This document shows positions 1 through 9,462 of a stretch of 64,000 nucleotides of DNA, piece by piece (positions within the stretch are counted from its first letter, which is position 1; every line of letters begins with the position of its first letter). Source of the stretch: a virus; the IMG/VR virus record IMGVR_UViG_3300028584_001238. One strand, written 5' to 3'. The translations under genes were made by a program, and so were the position numbers. The notes under the pieces are model-generated. The model was not told the DNA's origin and searched no databases. It saw only the letters and a list, made by a program, of their open reading frames with translations.

Positions 1-655
1 TATAGTTTTTAACCAGATCCTCAATACGCCCCATTAAGTTATCAAGGAATTCTTCTGTATTATTGGGGACAGCATTTACATAGAAAGTAATGGCATTATT
101 CATGCCTTGATGATTATCCACTTCGATTTTATTAATAACATAACCTGAGAACATTTTTTCCTGCATTTCATATTCTTTCAACAATTCATAGCAGTATTTG
201 CGAGAATATTGTTCAGTAAAGGCATCAGAGTCGATACGAACTTTGACTTCATCAATCAATGTAGAATTGTCAATTTTATCAACAATAACATCGAATTTTT
301 TGAAAAACTGAGACTTGATTTTAGCTCGAACTTCGGAATCTAATTCGTGACCAGAAAAAATGATATGTGGAAAATTACTGTCGTAAAATGATTTAACACC
401 TGAACACAAGGCATAAGGCTCATCATTATCAGCCCCTTTGAAACAAGTGTTTTTTCTCCACCAAGAGTAGTAAGTGTTTTCAGCCTTTGTTTTTGTTGCA
501 TACGCGGCCATAACATCTTCAACACCATGACTACAATCACCTTCACAAGATACTTTCTTTGCAACATGACTAGAAATATAACCACCAATTGCATGATAAA
601 TCTCACGAATATCTTGATTTGTTTTTACAACGATTTCATAAGTTCTAGTGGTCAT
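1..655 (-). CDS. hypothetical protein, 3' end outside window
   Basis: ATG at 655 with GAGG RBS; frame open to window edge (MTTRTYEIVVKTNQD...); absent from ORF track. Confidence 0.75.
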   Translation of the reverse strand, partial: MTTRTYEIVVKTNQDIREIYHAIGGYISSHVAKKVSCEGDCSHGVEDVMAAYATKTKAENTYYSWWRKNTCFKGADNDEPYALCSGVKSFYDSNFPHIIFSGHELDSEVRAKIKSQFFKKFDVIVDKIDNSTLIDEVKVRIDSDAFTEQYSRKYCYELLKEYEMQEKMFSGYVINKIEVDNHQGMNNAITFYVNAVPNNTEEFLDNLMGRIEDLVKNY

Positions 656-723
656 ATATCTATCCTCAAAATGATAAGTTACTATACCATTCTGAGGACG
701 GATATTCAAGCGTATTTAAGAAT

Positions 724-1068
724 TTAGCCAATGTGAAGAACATCTTTCAAGAAGTCATCAGAAGGCTTGATATTATGAACTTTGATATAGTGAGAAAGAC
801 CATCAGGCCATTTCCAATTCTTGTAAGAAAACTCTGCTGCACCGTTTTCAGCACCACAGCAACGGCAAATAGAAAACCCTTTAAAGTAGACACAAGTGCC
901 TGCTCGGTCTTTATGCCGGTAAATGTCTTCTTCAAGTTTTTTAAGAGCCAAGATTACATCTTCTTTACCTTCAAAAGCGACATCGGAACTGACTGGTTTT
1001 GGAAAGTGTGGTTCACGCTCCGACCACCAGAAGCCTTCAAAACGTTGTGGTTTATTTTTATTTCCCAT
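724..1068 (-). CDS. hypothetical protein, Cys/His motifs (possible Zn binding)
   Basis: GGAG RBS; CRCC...WPDGLSHYIKVH. Confidence 0.7.
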   Translation of the reverse strand: MGNKNKPQRFEGFWWSEREPHFPKPVSSDVAFEGKEDVILALKKLEEDIYRHKDRAGTCVYFKGFSICRCCGAENGAAEFSYKNWKWPDGLSHYIKVHNIKPSDDFLKDVLHIG

Positions 1069-1120
1069 AGTAAATCTCCATGAATGTAAGGTGTGAGTTG
1101 TAGTATACGCTATTTTTTTG

Positions 1121-1396
1121 TTAACTGAAATACAATCTTCTTAAAAAAGGACTTTTTTGGCGAGCATGATAAATCTTTTCCAACCAGATTTCACTGCCAG
1201 TGCCACCACGAAATTCAGTGTAATGACATTTAATGCAACCAAACTTAGCTTCGGCTGACATGCCACTGTCTTGACTGATACGATGTCTCATACATCCTCC
1301 ACATTGTGGACAAGGATCTTTTTCTTCATCAGTAGGAAAGACATGTTCAATTTTTTTATAAAGCGTCTTGATACGTTTAGAAAGGCGGTTTTTCAT
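1121..1396 (-). CDS. small zinc-ribbon protein
   Basis: CPQC...CIKC; start moved to MKNRL after GGAG. Confidence 0.65.
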   Translation of the reverse strand: MKNRLSKRIKTLYKKIEHVFPTDEEKDPCPQCGGCMRHRISQDSGMSAEAKFGCIKCHYTEFRGGTGSEIWLEKIYHARQKSPFLRRLYFS

Positions 1397-2003
1397 TATG
1401 AACTCCAAATTTATTAATAAAATCCATGATTTTAGCAACTTCCATCAAATTAAGGCGATTGTCTTTATTCAGATCTTCATACAGTTTGATAAGATTCTTA
1501 TCTCTGGATGTTTTAATATAGGTTGTTAACTGAGCCAATGCTTCATCAGAAAGGTAGGTGAAGTTCCGCATCACATTATTTTTTTCAAAATTGACTAAGT
1601 ATTTTTCATTATTCTTTTGTCGTCCAACGGCAAAGTAATAGTAAGCAGGCTGATAACGGTCTTGTTCAGCAATCTGAATATAATAGTCATCATATTTTTT
1701 AGCCACAAGCAAACTTTTAATCTGCGGATTAAAGATAGACATGATAGAAGAGAAGAATACGATGGCTAGAACTAATGAAACACCCATTTTTAGAAGGCTA
1801 ATACCATCAGCAGCGATTAAATATTGACGCGACTTAAACAACACCAAAACAGACAATCCAGCAGCAACAGCCAAAAGGATTAAAAAGAAGAAAGGCAGTG
1901 TTTCAAAAGGATTGATAACAGCCGCATTGATACAAAAAGAAATAAGAGCAAGCAATAAAACGATAGTCATCGCTTTAAAATAGTGAGTATTTGCTTGTTC
2001 CAT
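1377..2003 (-). CDS. membrane protein (about 3 TM)
   Basis: hydrophobic segments; start MEQAN after GGAG; the track's upstream extension overlaps an ncRNA. Confidence 0.7.
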   Translation of the reverse strand: MEQANTHYFKAMTIVLLLALISFCINAAVINPFETLPFFFLILLAVAAGLSVLVLFKSRQYLIAADGISLLKMGVSLVLAIVFFSSIMSIFNPQIKSLLVAKKYDDYYIQIAEQDRYQPAYYYFAVGRQKNNEKYLVNFEKNNVMRNFTYLSDEALAQLTTYIKTSRDKNLIKLYEDLNKDNRLNLMEVAKIMDFINKFGVHNEKPPF

Positions 2004-2013
2004 AATTTTCTCC

Positions 2014-2044
2014 AAAAAAAAAGGACTTACATGATTGCAAGTCC
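2014..2044 (-). terminator. intrinsic terminator after tRNA-like RNA
   Basis: GGACTTGCA-ATCA-TGTAAGTCC hairpin followed by T-run. Confidence 0.7.
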
Positions 2045-2047
2045 CAT

Positions 2048-2144
2048 TACTAGATTTGGGGTTCGAACCCAACCAATCGCCGCTGAATCCTAAAGATGAT
2101 CTAACCTTTCTGTGAGGCGATTGCATCGTCATCTCTATCTAGTA
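2048..2144 (-). ncRNA. tRNA-like structured RNA
   Basis: stem ACTAGAT/ATCTAGT, T-arm TTGGG-TTCGAAC-CCCAA, helix CAATCGCC/GGCGATTG; own promoter TTGACT-17-TAATAT and terminator. Confidence 0.65.
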
Positions 2145-2181
2145 GTTCTATATTAACAAAAGAGCTATTGAAAGTCAACAA

Positions 2182-2754
2182 TTATTTAGAAGCTGTTGTA
2201 TCATCCAGTTGCTTAGAATACCAAGCAGCAACTTCATTGTTAAACACATTGGTTAAATGTTCTCGGTAATAATAGATGAACGTCTTGTTTGTTGCAGTGT
2301 CGCAAGAATACATCAGTAAATTGTTGGTACCGGCTGTAGGTTCTTGTAGCATAAAGACCATATTTGATTGATCGGCTGGATTAAAATGGGTTTGTACAGG
2401 ATGACCAAATCGTTTGTCGATAAAGGATCTAAACGTTACATTATCTTTCTGACAATCAGGTGACTGACCTTCAAGATAGAAGGTGTAAAGCTGCTGGCTA
2501 ATAGGTGTAACACCTATTTCGTATCGAGTAAATGGATAAATTTCTTTTTCTGGTTTGAGTGTGAAATAACCTAACTTGTTAAGTGGTTCATATGTGCTGG
2601 TGTTAATAATCGATCCTATTCGCAATCCTGATTGTCCTCGTAGAAAATCACCGATGGCTTTAATATCTTTCTGATCAAGACTACTGGGTTGCTGAGCAAA
2701 ACAAATACCAGAGAATAAACCGAATAACGCCATATATTTTAATTTTTTAATCAT
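2182..2754 (-). CDS. secreted protein
   Basis: N-terminal signal peptide ending CFA; loosely similar to 27443, 39708, 63430. Confidence 0.7.
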   Translation of the reverse strand: MIKKLKYMALFGLFSGICFAQQPSSLDQKDIKAIGDFLRGQSGLRIGSIINTSTYEPLNKLGYFTLKPEKEIYPFTRYEIGVTPISQQLYTFYLEGQSPDCQKDNVTFRSFIDKRFGHPVQTHFNPADQSNMVFMLQEPTAGTNNLLMYSCDTATNKTFIYYYREHLTNVFNNEVAAWYSKQLDDTTASK

Positions 2755-2842
2755 CTTCCATCTCCTAACAATGGAAAAGTATGGCACACAAAATCAATAT
2801 TTCAATAATAGAGAAACAAAAAAAGACCCGAAGGTCTTCTTT

Positions 2843-2947
2843 GTTAACGGACTTCCACCATTACACCGGATTTGCCGACACACATTCAGTCGTCTAATTG
2901 CCATTACTGGCGAGGTAGCCACCGGACTATTGCCTAACCGTCTTAAC
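2843..2947 (-). ncRNA. candidate structured RNA element
   Basis: GC-rich intergenic island with nested helices and GCCA-GTAA-TGGC GNRA hairpin, just before a terminator. Confidence 0.4.
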
Positions 2948-2973
2948 CATATAGGTATACGGGCGAGAAAGGC

Positions 2974-3504
2974 TCATTTTTTCAAATCCTTAAAACACTT
3001 ATTAAAATATTTCAAGTATGATTTGATGTTGGACAATTTACGTTTGCTATCTTTTTCAAAGTCCTTGTAATTGTCAATAATACCAAGAACAACATCGGCC
3101 AATTTTTCATTTTTATCATTCTTAATAATTGAATACAATTCATCCAGTTTATCAGAATCATTAATTGCTGACCGGATTAAAAATGAACGATCATTGGACG
3201 TGTCAGTAAAGTTTTCATAAATGAGATCAAAATAAATAAATTTAGCAATTTCAAGTTCTGACTTAACAGATTCTTGTAATTTATTAAAAATAGCATAACA
3301 ATGTTGCAAATAAGCTGGATATTGCTTGTCGGTTACTTTAAGTTTTCGGACATGCTCCATCAAATAAGCAATAGTATCAGAATTATCATCTTCGTCTACA
3401 TGTGCTAGAAAATCATGACCAATATACTTTTTGTAATAATCCTCATGATTATCTTTCAATACATCAATGAGAATGTTTAATTTTGTTAATTCTGGTGATT
3501 TCAT
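2974..3504 (-). CDS. hypothetical protein
   Basis: ORF, start MKSPEL after AAGG. Confidence 0.7.
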   Translation of the reverse strand: MKSPELTKLNILIDVLKDNHEDYYKKYIGHDFLAHVDEDDNSDTIAYLMEHVRKLKVTDKQYPAYLQHCYAIFNKLQESVKSELEIAKFIYFDLIYENFTDTSNDRSFLIRSAINDSDKLDELYSIIKNDKNEKLADVVLGIIDNYKDFEKDSKRKLSNIKSYLKYFNKCFKDLKK

Positions 3505-3592
3505 GAAGGTTTCCTTCTGGCAGTGCAACGGTTAACATGGTGACGGATAATAACAGAAACAATGAAAAAATGCAACCACTTTAACAATTCCG

Positions 3593-3865
3593 TCAACACC
3601 TTTTCATTTTACTAATCGGTTTCAGTCGTTTAATCATTTTTTTTAAGAATTTAATTTGATTAGCGTCACTGGTGCCATCCAGAAGGTGCAAGAGTTCTCG
3701 ACTCGATCCTAGCGTCCTCATGGAGTTCAGATAACCTTCCCGAGTTTCTTGTGCATACAAACGAGATTCGATTTGGCTAATAAGCGATTGAGCCTCACTA
3801 CGAAGCTCATTCAGATTATCCCGAGGCTTTTTAATCCAACTGAATAACGAACTCAACCTAATCAT
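3593..3865 (-). CDS. hypothetical protein
   Basis: start overlaps upstream stop. Confidence 0.65.
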   Translation of the reverse strand: MIRLSSLFSWIKKPRDNLNELRSEAQSLISQIESRLYAQETREGYLNSMRTLGSSRELLHLLDGTSDANQIKFLKKMIKRLKPISKMKRC

Positions 3866-4053
3866 TATTCCACCTCAAAAACAGGCTCAACGCCATACTC
3901 TCGAAACAGAGCCAGCAACTCAGCTTCATCCATATCATTCATGCCTTTCATACCATTCCTGATAATGCTGGCTAGTTCATCGTAGTCATCCCGACAGAAA
4001 CAAATAATGTCATGTAGCAAATCATCTTTTGAACGTTGTGTGATAGCTGGCAT
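3865..4053 (-). CDS. small acidic protein
   Basis: start MPAIT after AGGAG. Confidence 0.65.
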   Translation of the reverse strand: MPAITQRSKDDLLHDIICFCRDDYDELASIIRNGMKGMNDMDEAELLALFREYGVEPVFEVE

Positions 4054-4087
4054 AGAAACTCCTAATGTAAAATGATTATATAAAAAT

Positions 4088-4756
4088 TCAATAAACGTGC
4101 ATTTCAACAACTTTCATTTCGTCAGGTGTTGCTTTGTTAAACTTAAACCCACAATCTTTTAGGTTAGTCGCAAAGCGTTTTGCTTCATGAAAGCTATCAT
4201 CAAAATAAAACTTATCACCGACAAACACTACTTTACCAAAGGGTGTTAAGAGACAAATACCATAATTGTAAGTGCCAACAGCGTCTTTAATAAAGTCTTT
4301 CTTAAATTTGAAATCAATATCGAAACTAAAGGACTTTTCAGCAGGGAACAGTTCTCTTAATTGATTAATTAATGTCGATTCATTAGAACGAAACGTCATC
4401 GTGCTTAAAAAGACAAAAATATTGAAAATTGAAAAGACACAGATACTTATAAAATTAATAAAATATTGTTCTGGTATTACGATAGATAGACATAGTAGTA
4501 GCCCACTGATAACGTGAAAAGTCATAGCTCCATTGGAATAAAACTTATCCCGAGGCATCATGAAAATATTCATCACATTCAAAATAACCGCAAAACCTAA
4601 CATCACCGAAGTGAAACCACCCACAACAATGAAGAACTTATTTGCGTTTACTGTGACATAATCAAATGAGACGTAAGCACAATAAATAGCACAAGCCAAC
4701 ATAATGAAGGATGCTAGATTTAATTGACGTAAAATGTTGTTCGGTTTCATAAACAC
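4088..4756 (-). CDS. 4-TM membrane protein with shared C-terminal motif
   Basis: paralog of 4840 and 5583; ends KVVEMHVY. Confidence 0.75.
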   Translation of the reverse strand: MFMKPNNILRQLNLASFIMLACAIYCAYVSFDYVTVNANKFFIVVGGFTSVMLGFAVILNVMNIFMMPRDKFYSNGAMTFHVISGLLLCLSIVIPEQYFINFISICVFSIFNIFVFLSTMTFRSNESTLINQLRELFPAEKSFSFDIDFKFKKDFIKDAVGTYNYGICLLTPFGKVVFVGDKFYFDDSFHEAKRFATNLKDCGFKFNKATPDEMKVVEMHVY

Positions 4757-4839
4757 CTCATGGCATTATTTAAATTAGAAGCTGATTATACACTATTCCG
4801 AATAAATATGACAGCCAAAAATAGCGTATATCATTGCTT

Positions 4840-5502
4840 TTAGATACAAAACATTTGCATAACGGCAGCGTCTTCCGGTGTTGATGTGTCAATGTTAATA
4901 TTACACGACATATAACCAGAAATAAAGTTAGCTATCTCATAAGTATGCCCATTAAGATAAAAGAATCGTCCATCAAAAGATAGATTTCCAAGTGTAGTAA
5001 TAATTTTATAAGATCTCGGCTCATACCGTGGAGCATCAGTAGGTTTCAAAAAAGTGTAATCATAATCAATCTTGAAGTTTTTGACATCCGGTAGCAATTT
5101 ACGAAGTTTTTGAAGTTCAGGAACCCCGCCCAGATTAGAAAGATTTGATTGCATTTTAAAGCACAGATATATATTAAAAAGACTTAATAACAGAGCAGGG
5201 GCTAACATGAAATGTATATCAAAGCCTTTCATTAAAACAGTATAGACAACTAATAAAAGACTGAATAAATAGTTTAAACTTGCCACTTTTGAATAGTAAG
5301 TAATATTTTTAATCTCTGCACGGCCATCCGCACACATAACAAGCATAACCAATGCTAAACAACCTGTTACTACAATGCCAATAATATCTGATTCCACAAT
5401 ACCTGAGTTAGCTATTCCAAAAAAAATAGAAAAAATAATAGCCATCAAAGACACAGAATAGGAGACAAACAAACGTTGACAAAAAAATATAATTTTATTC
5501 AT
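4840..5502 (-). CDS. 4-TM membrane protein with shared C-terminal motif
   Basis: paralog; ends AVMQMFCI. Confidence 0.75.
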   Translation of the reverse strand: MNKIIFFCQRLFVSYSVSLMAIIFSIFFGIANSGIVESDIIGIVVTGCLALVMLVMCADGRAEIKNITYYSKVASLNYLFSLLLVVYTVLMKGFDIHFMLAPALLLSLFNIYLCFKMQSNLSNLGGVPELQKLRKLLPDVKNFKIDYDYTFLKPTDAPRYEPRSYKIITTLGNLSFDGRFFYLNGHTYEIANFISGYMSCNINIDTSTPEDAAVMQMFCI

Positions 5503-5582
5503 CCTTAGTTCTCTCATTAAACCCTTGGATACCCCTTCCTTCAGGTAGGGGTTGTTTACAAATCAATCCTTATCTAACGTAA

Positions 5583-6260
5583 TTAATATCTGATCATTTC
5601 AAACAGTTTAAAATCATCATCAGTGGCGGTATTTAAATCTAAATCATGGGTTTCAAAATATTTAGTGAGATCATACAAATCATAATCGACACCATTGACA
5701 CAAATTTTGTCAAAATAGACTGTTACCAAACCCACGGGCATCAACACATGTAATTTTTCTCCCATCGACAGTTTGAAATTGAAACCAGATTTCAATGATG
5801 TCAGTTTACGCAATGCATTCCAGTCATGGTGGTAATTAGAACGAAAATTAAATAGGTGTAACAGAACACACAAGTTAAAAATATTGATAAAGAAAAACGA
5901 CATTGCCAATGCAACCATTGACCGATTATCAATAAAGAGAAGGTAAGGAATAAGTAACAGCACCCCGAGATAGTTAATGGCCGATGACCAGCTATAATAG
6001 CGATCTGGTAATTTAGAGCTTTTGATCATCCATAAGCCAAAACAAAATAAAAGGAATGAACTAATAGCATTAAGCGGTGTAAAGACAATCAATTCACGGC
6101 TTTCTGTCTGCAATCCATAAGCGAAGGCATACAGCATAGCCAACGAACAGAGCGAAGAAAAAAGCAAAGAAGAATTGATAAACTCTGAAAGTTTATATTG
6201 GCTGATGAGTGTCTTAATTTTAGTAAAAACACCACTGAGATGTTGGGTAGCTGCGTTCAT
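5583..6260 (-). CDS. 4-TM membrane protein with shared C-terminal motif
   Basis: paralog; ends KLFEMIRY. Confidence 0.75.
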   Translation of the reverse strand: MNAATQHLSGVFTKIKTLISQYKLSEFINSSLLFSSLCSLAMLYAFAYGLQTESRELIVFTPLNAISSFLLFCFGLWMIKSSKLPDRYYSWSSAINYLGVLLLIPYLLFIDNRSMVALAMSFFFINIFNLCVLLHLFNFRSNYHHDWNALRKLTSLKSGFNFKLSMGEKLHVLMPVGLVTVYFDKICVNGVDYDLYDLTKYFETHDLDLNTATDDDFKLFEMIRY

Positions 6261-6314
6261 AACGGCATCCTATGTTATAAAGAATACCTGATTATATCAT
6301 AAATATAGAAGGTT

Positions 6315-6635
6315 TTACAGCATTTTTTCGAGCCTATCGCATAAATCAGTAGCATCTACTACGGAATAGGATGTGCCGGAATTGTCAACATAAGTCGTCA
6401 CAGGAAATGACCAAATAGAATCAATTTTTAGCTTTGCGTAATCATCACAGGTTCTGGAAACTGCAACATCTTTGTAGATTTCATGGGTAATCAGATCTTC
6501 AAGCGTAACACTAAACCCATAAGGTTCATCGTATTCCAAAACAATAAACTCACGAGGTGCTTCACTGATTACAGTATCACCGCCACAACCAGATAAGAAG
6601 GCGATAATGCCAAATAAACTAATAATTTTAAACAA
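6315..6635 (-). CDS. putative lipoprotein
   Basis: signal peptide with lipobox LSGC. Confidence 0.7.
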   Translation of the reverse strand: MFKIISLFGIIAFLSGCGGDTVISEAPREFIVLEYDEPYGFSVTLEDLITHEIYKDVAVSRTCDDYAKLKIDSIWSFPVTTYVDNSGTSYSVVDATDLCDRLEKML

Positions 6636-6768
6636 TGTAAATCTCCATAATTAAAATAGTATAACTATTCATTTAAAAAAAAACAAGGACCGAAATGCTT
6701 GTTCTAGATGAATTGCCATCAAATTTTCATATTTTAATCACGGTGATATTATGACGATATCATAAGAA

Positions 6769-7260
6769 TTAACGAACTTTCATCAATTCAGTTTCTGGAG
6801 ACACAACCAGTGTTTTGTATTTGAATTTAATCACTGTTTTCAAACTGTTTTTTCTAAAAGTAAGCTTTTCCCAAATATTAGCAGGCACTTCTTTTGTTTC
6901 AACAGATTGAACAACACCAAGAAAGTCAATATCCTTGATATAAACTTCACGGTTGCGAGCATTAACCTGTGCAACAATTTCATCATTTTTTTGACGGCAA
7001 AGGTGAAATCCTGTGCGAACTTTATCTGCAGTGACACCACGAATAATGACAGTCTGTGCCATTTTTTCGGTAGCAGTAAAAATGATCTTATTAGGGTTTT
7101 CACTTTGCACAACCAAGCCATCTTCACTCATTTTAGTCAGCAAAGTAAGGATAGGTGCATAAATGTTCATTGCGTTTTTAGGGATCGAATAATTCCCATG
7201 ACGGCGTAAGGTCGTGAAAATTTTATCTTCAAGATTTTCGATTTCATGATTATTTGACAT
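6769..7260 (-). CDS. hypothetical protein
   Basis: GGAGG RBS and upstream TATAAT. Confidence 0.7.
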   Translation of the reverse strand: MSNNHEIENLEDKIFTTLRRHGNYSIPKNAMNIYAPILTLLTKMSEDGLVVQSENPNKIIFTATEKMAQTVIIRGVTADKVRTGFHLCRQKNDEIVAQVNARNREVYIKDIDFLGVVQSVETKEVPANIWEKLTFRKNSLKTVIKFKYKTLVVSPETELMKVR

Positions 7261-7329
7261 GATAAATGACCTCCCTAATTAAGAAGGCCATTATAACATA
7301 GTAGGACGAAAAATCAATAGACTAAGAAG

Positions 7330-7914
7330 TCATTTTAGAGATTTTAGCTGGTTTTCTGCGGCCATGTAAACGGCAAATGCTTCTGTGTTGCTCCACGATT
7401 CTGGTGCTGTCAAAGGGCCAGAAACAAAGTAACTGCCCTTAATGCCTTTCTGGACAATACAAGCCGTTTCAACAACAAGGGCTTTCCAGTCAGGTTGAAC
7501 GTTATCAGGGACTTCATAAAACAGATGGTTAAACGAAGCACGGGACAGATCTTGGAATGTAGGTATCTGACTCTCAAAGAAAAAGAATTGATTGGCCGCA
7601 ATTTTCTTCATGTTGGCTTGTTTGAATTTATCAAGACCTTCTTCAAACTTGATTTGCAAATGATAGGCATCTGTCATCTTTGGCATATCATAATCTTTTA
7701 GAAGTTCCAACGTTTGAAGCAATGACTGAATAGTGCTATTCTCACCAAGTTCACTTTCTTGATAATGTTCAGGATTACCATCCAAACACCCATCAGTTGT
7801 CCAATAACAGCCATTACCATTCACCAGAAAAAGTTGTTCCAACACTCGCCAACGAGTGGAAAAGGACAAGTTATATTTAGCAATGATTGAGTTGATGACA
7901 GTAATTGCTTTCAT
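7330..7914 (-). CDS. hypothetical protein, paralog of 7914-8492
   Basis: similar N-terminal (T-R/T-W...F...N.G) and C-terminal (ES..W) segments. Confidence 0.7.
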   Translation of the reverse strand: MKAITVINSIIAKYNLSFSTRWRVLEQLFLVNGNGCYWTTDGCLDGNPEHYQESELGENSTIQSLLQTLELLKDYDMPKMTDAYHLQIKFEEGLDKFKQANMKKIAANQFFFFESQIPTFQDLSRASFNHLFYEVPDNVQPDWKALVVETACIVQKGIKGSYFVSGPLTAPESWSNTEAFAVYMAAENQLKSLK

Positions 7915-8492
7915 TAGGTTGGAATCCTTTGTGGTTTCAGTTTTTCAAGTCTTTCAGAGACTTTAACATAGGCTGTATGATAACACACTTCTTGCCACGA
8001 TGCACTCTCAATAGGACGTGTAAGGCAATGATGTAGGCCATAATGATACCAAAGCAAATGTTTAACCTTTTCCAAGACATCAATTGCTGCTTTAAAGACA
8101 TCGACGGGATAAGAATCATCAATCAACCAGACCGGGGATTCATCCACACATAAAGCTAAGTCATCAAGCGAAGGTTTAAGGTATTCAACATAGACACATT
8201 TGGTGTTCACAATCACATCAATGTTTTCTTTGATGAAATCATTCATAAACAACTTCATGCCATAATCCAGCTCACCTATTTCAGTGACAGCCAATGTTTT
8301 GTAGAGTTCAAGATATCGCTCATTGATAACAGGGTTTTCTTTGACTTCAAAGGGGCATTGAATTTCGGAATTAGCAAAAGTAAACCCAGAGTTCACATCA
8401 AGAAAAATAGAGGCATAACACTGCCAAGTCGTTGGATAAAGATAGGGTGCAGAAAGGATCATATTTTTCAAAATGAGATCAAGACTGGTCAT
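7914..8492 (-). CDS. hypothetical protein, paralog of 7330-7914
   Basis: GAGG RBS; stop overlaps next start. Confidence 0.7.
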   Translation of the reverse strand: MTSLDLILKNMILSAPYLYPTTWQCYASIFLDVNSGFTFANSEIQCPFEVKENPVINERYLELYKTLAVTEIGELDYGMKLFMNDFIKENIDVIVNTKCVYVEYLKPSLDDLALCVDESPVWLIDDSYPVDVFKAAIDVLEKVKHLLWYHYGLHHCLTRPIESASWQEVCYHTAYVKVSERLEKLKPQRIPT

Positions 8493-8541
8493 GGTAGTTC
8501 CTCTAAGATTTCGTTAATTATAACACAAACGAAGAAAAGAC

Positions 8542-9045
8542 TCAATCTGGAATGAAGAGCTTGATATAGGCTTTACAAATATCGAGGTAAATGTTTTTAC
8601 GAACTTCCTCATAAGGTCGTCTACTGGTGTTAAAATAAATATCCATATGCATAGCATCAGCACAGGCAACCGGAGTTAATGCATAATGAGGGGCATTTAA
8701 ATTTTCAACCCAGCAATCCGGCTTCATTAAGTTAACATCCATTTTCATTAGCAATTGCATAGTCTCTCTGTCCTTGAAACAGACATTAGCAATGGAATCA
8801 AAAATAGAAAATCGGTCCTCAAATTGATCAACAGACATTAAGCGAGTGTTCGTTCTGACATAACTGACTAATTTATCTTCATATAAACTTTTTAACATTT
8901 CATGAATATCAATGAAACGTGATTTTTTATGAATAGCATAATAGCTATCTTCAGTCATCCAAGCACTAGAACCATAGGGATCTCTTTCAAATGGTTTTTC
9001 AGGTGTGTATTTTTCGACAAAATCATGATAGATAGGAAGATTCAT
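8542..9045 (-). CDS. hypothetical protein
   Basis: ORF with AGGA RBS. Confidence 0.7.
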   Translation of the reverse strand: MNLPIYHDFVEKYTPEKPFERDPYGSSAWMTEDSYYAIHKKSRFIDIHEMLKSLYEDKLVSYVRTNTRLMSVDQFEDRFSIFDSIANVCFKDRETMQLLMKMDVNLMKPDCWVENLNAPHYALTPVACADAMHMDIYFNTSRRPYEEVRKNIYLDICKAYIKLFIPD

Positions 9046-9048
9046 TTA

Positions 9049-9252
9049 CTAATTCCTTTCTGTGAAAAGAAAGATTTGATTAAAATCCTGAGATTTGACA
9101 GAATCGGTGTTATACCTTGAGTTTTGACCATTAAAATGATGAATACTAATACCAAAAATCATCCTACCAATAAAAATGCCAACAAAAGAAAAAACAGCTA
9201 CAAAAAGTAATTGATTGGATTTCTTTCTGGGCAATGGAATGGTTTTAGGCAC
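9049..9252 (-). CDS. small membrane protein
   Basis: GAGG RBS, GTG start, one TM. Confidence 0.5.
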   Translation of the reverse strand: MPKTIPLPRKKSNQLLFVAVFSFVGIFIGRMIFGISIHHFNGQNSRYNTDSVKSQDFNQIFLFTERN

Positions 9253-9330
9253 AATAACAACCTCTTAAAGTATTGAATACATCAACAAATAGTTAAAAAA
9301 AAGACCCACAATTGTGAGCCTTATATAAAC

Positions 9331-9414
9331 TGGTGCGGAAAGTGGGACTCGAACCCACACGCCTCTCGGCACTGGCTTCTAAGACCAGCGTGTCTACCAT
9401 TCCACCATTTCCGC
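9331..9414 (-). tRNA. tRNA-Leu(UAG)
   Basis: cloverleaf, anticodon loop CT-TAG-AA, long variable arm, GTTCGAGTC T-loop, encoded CCA. Confidence 0.95.
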
Positions 9415-9462
9415 GATTTGATAATTATAGTGTAACACCAACATAAAGTCAACTATTTTATT

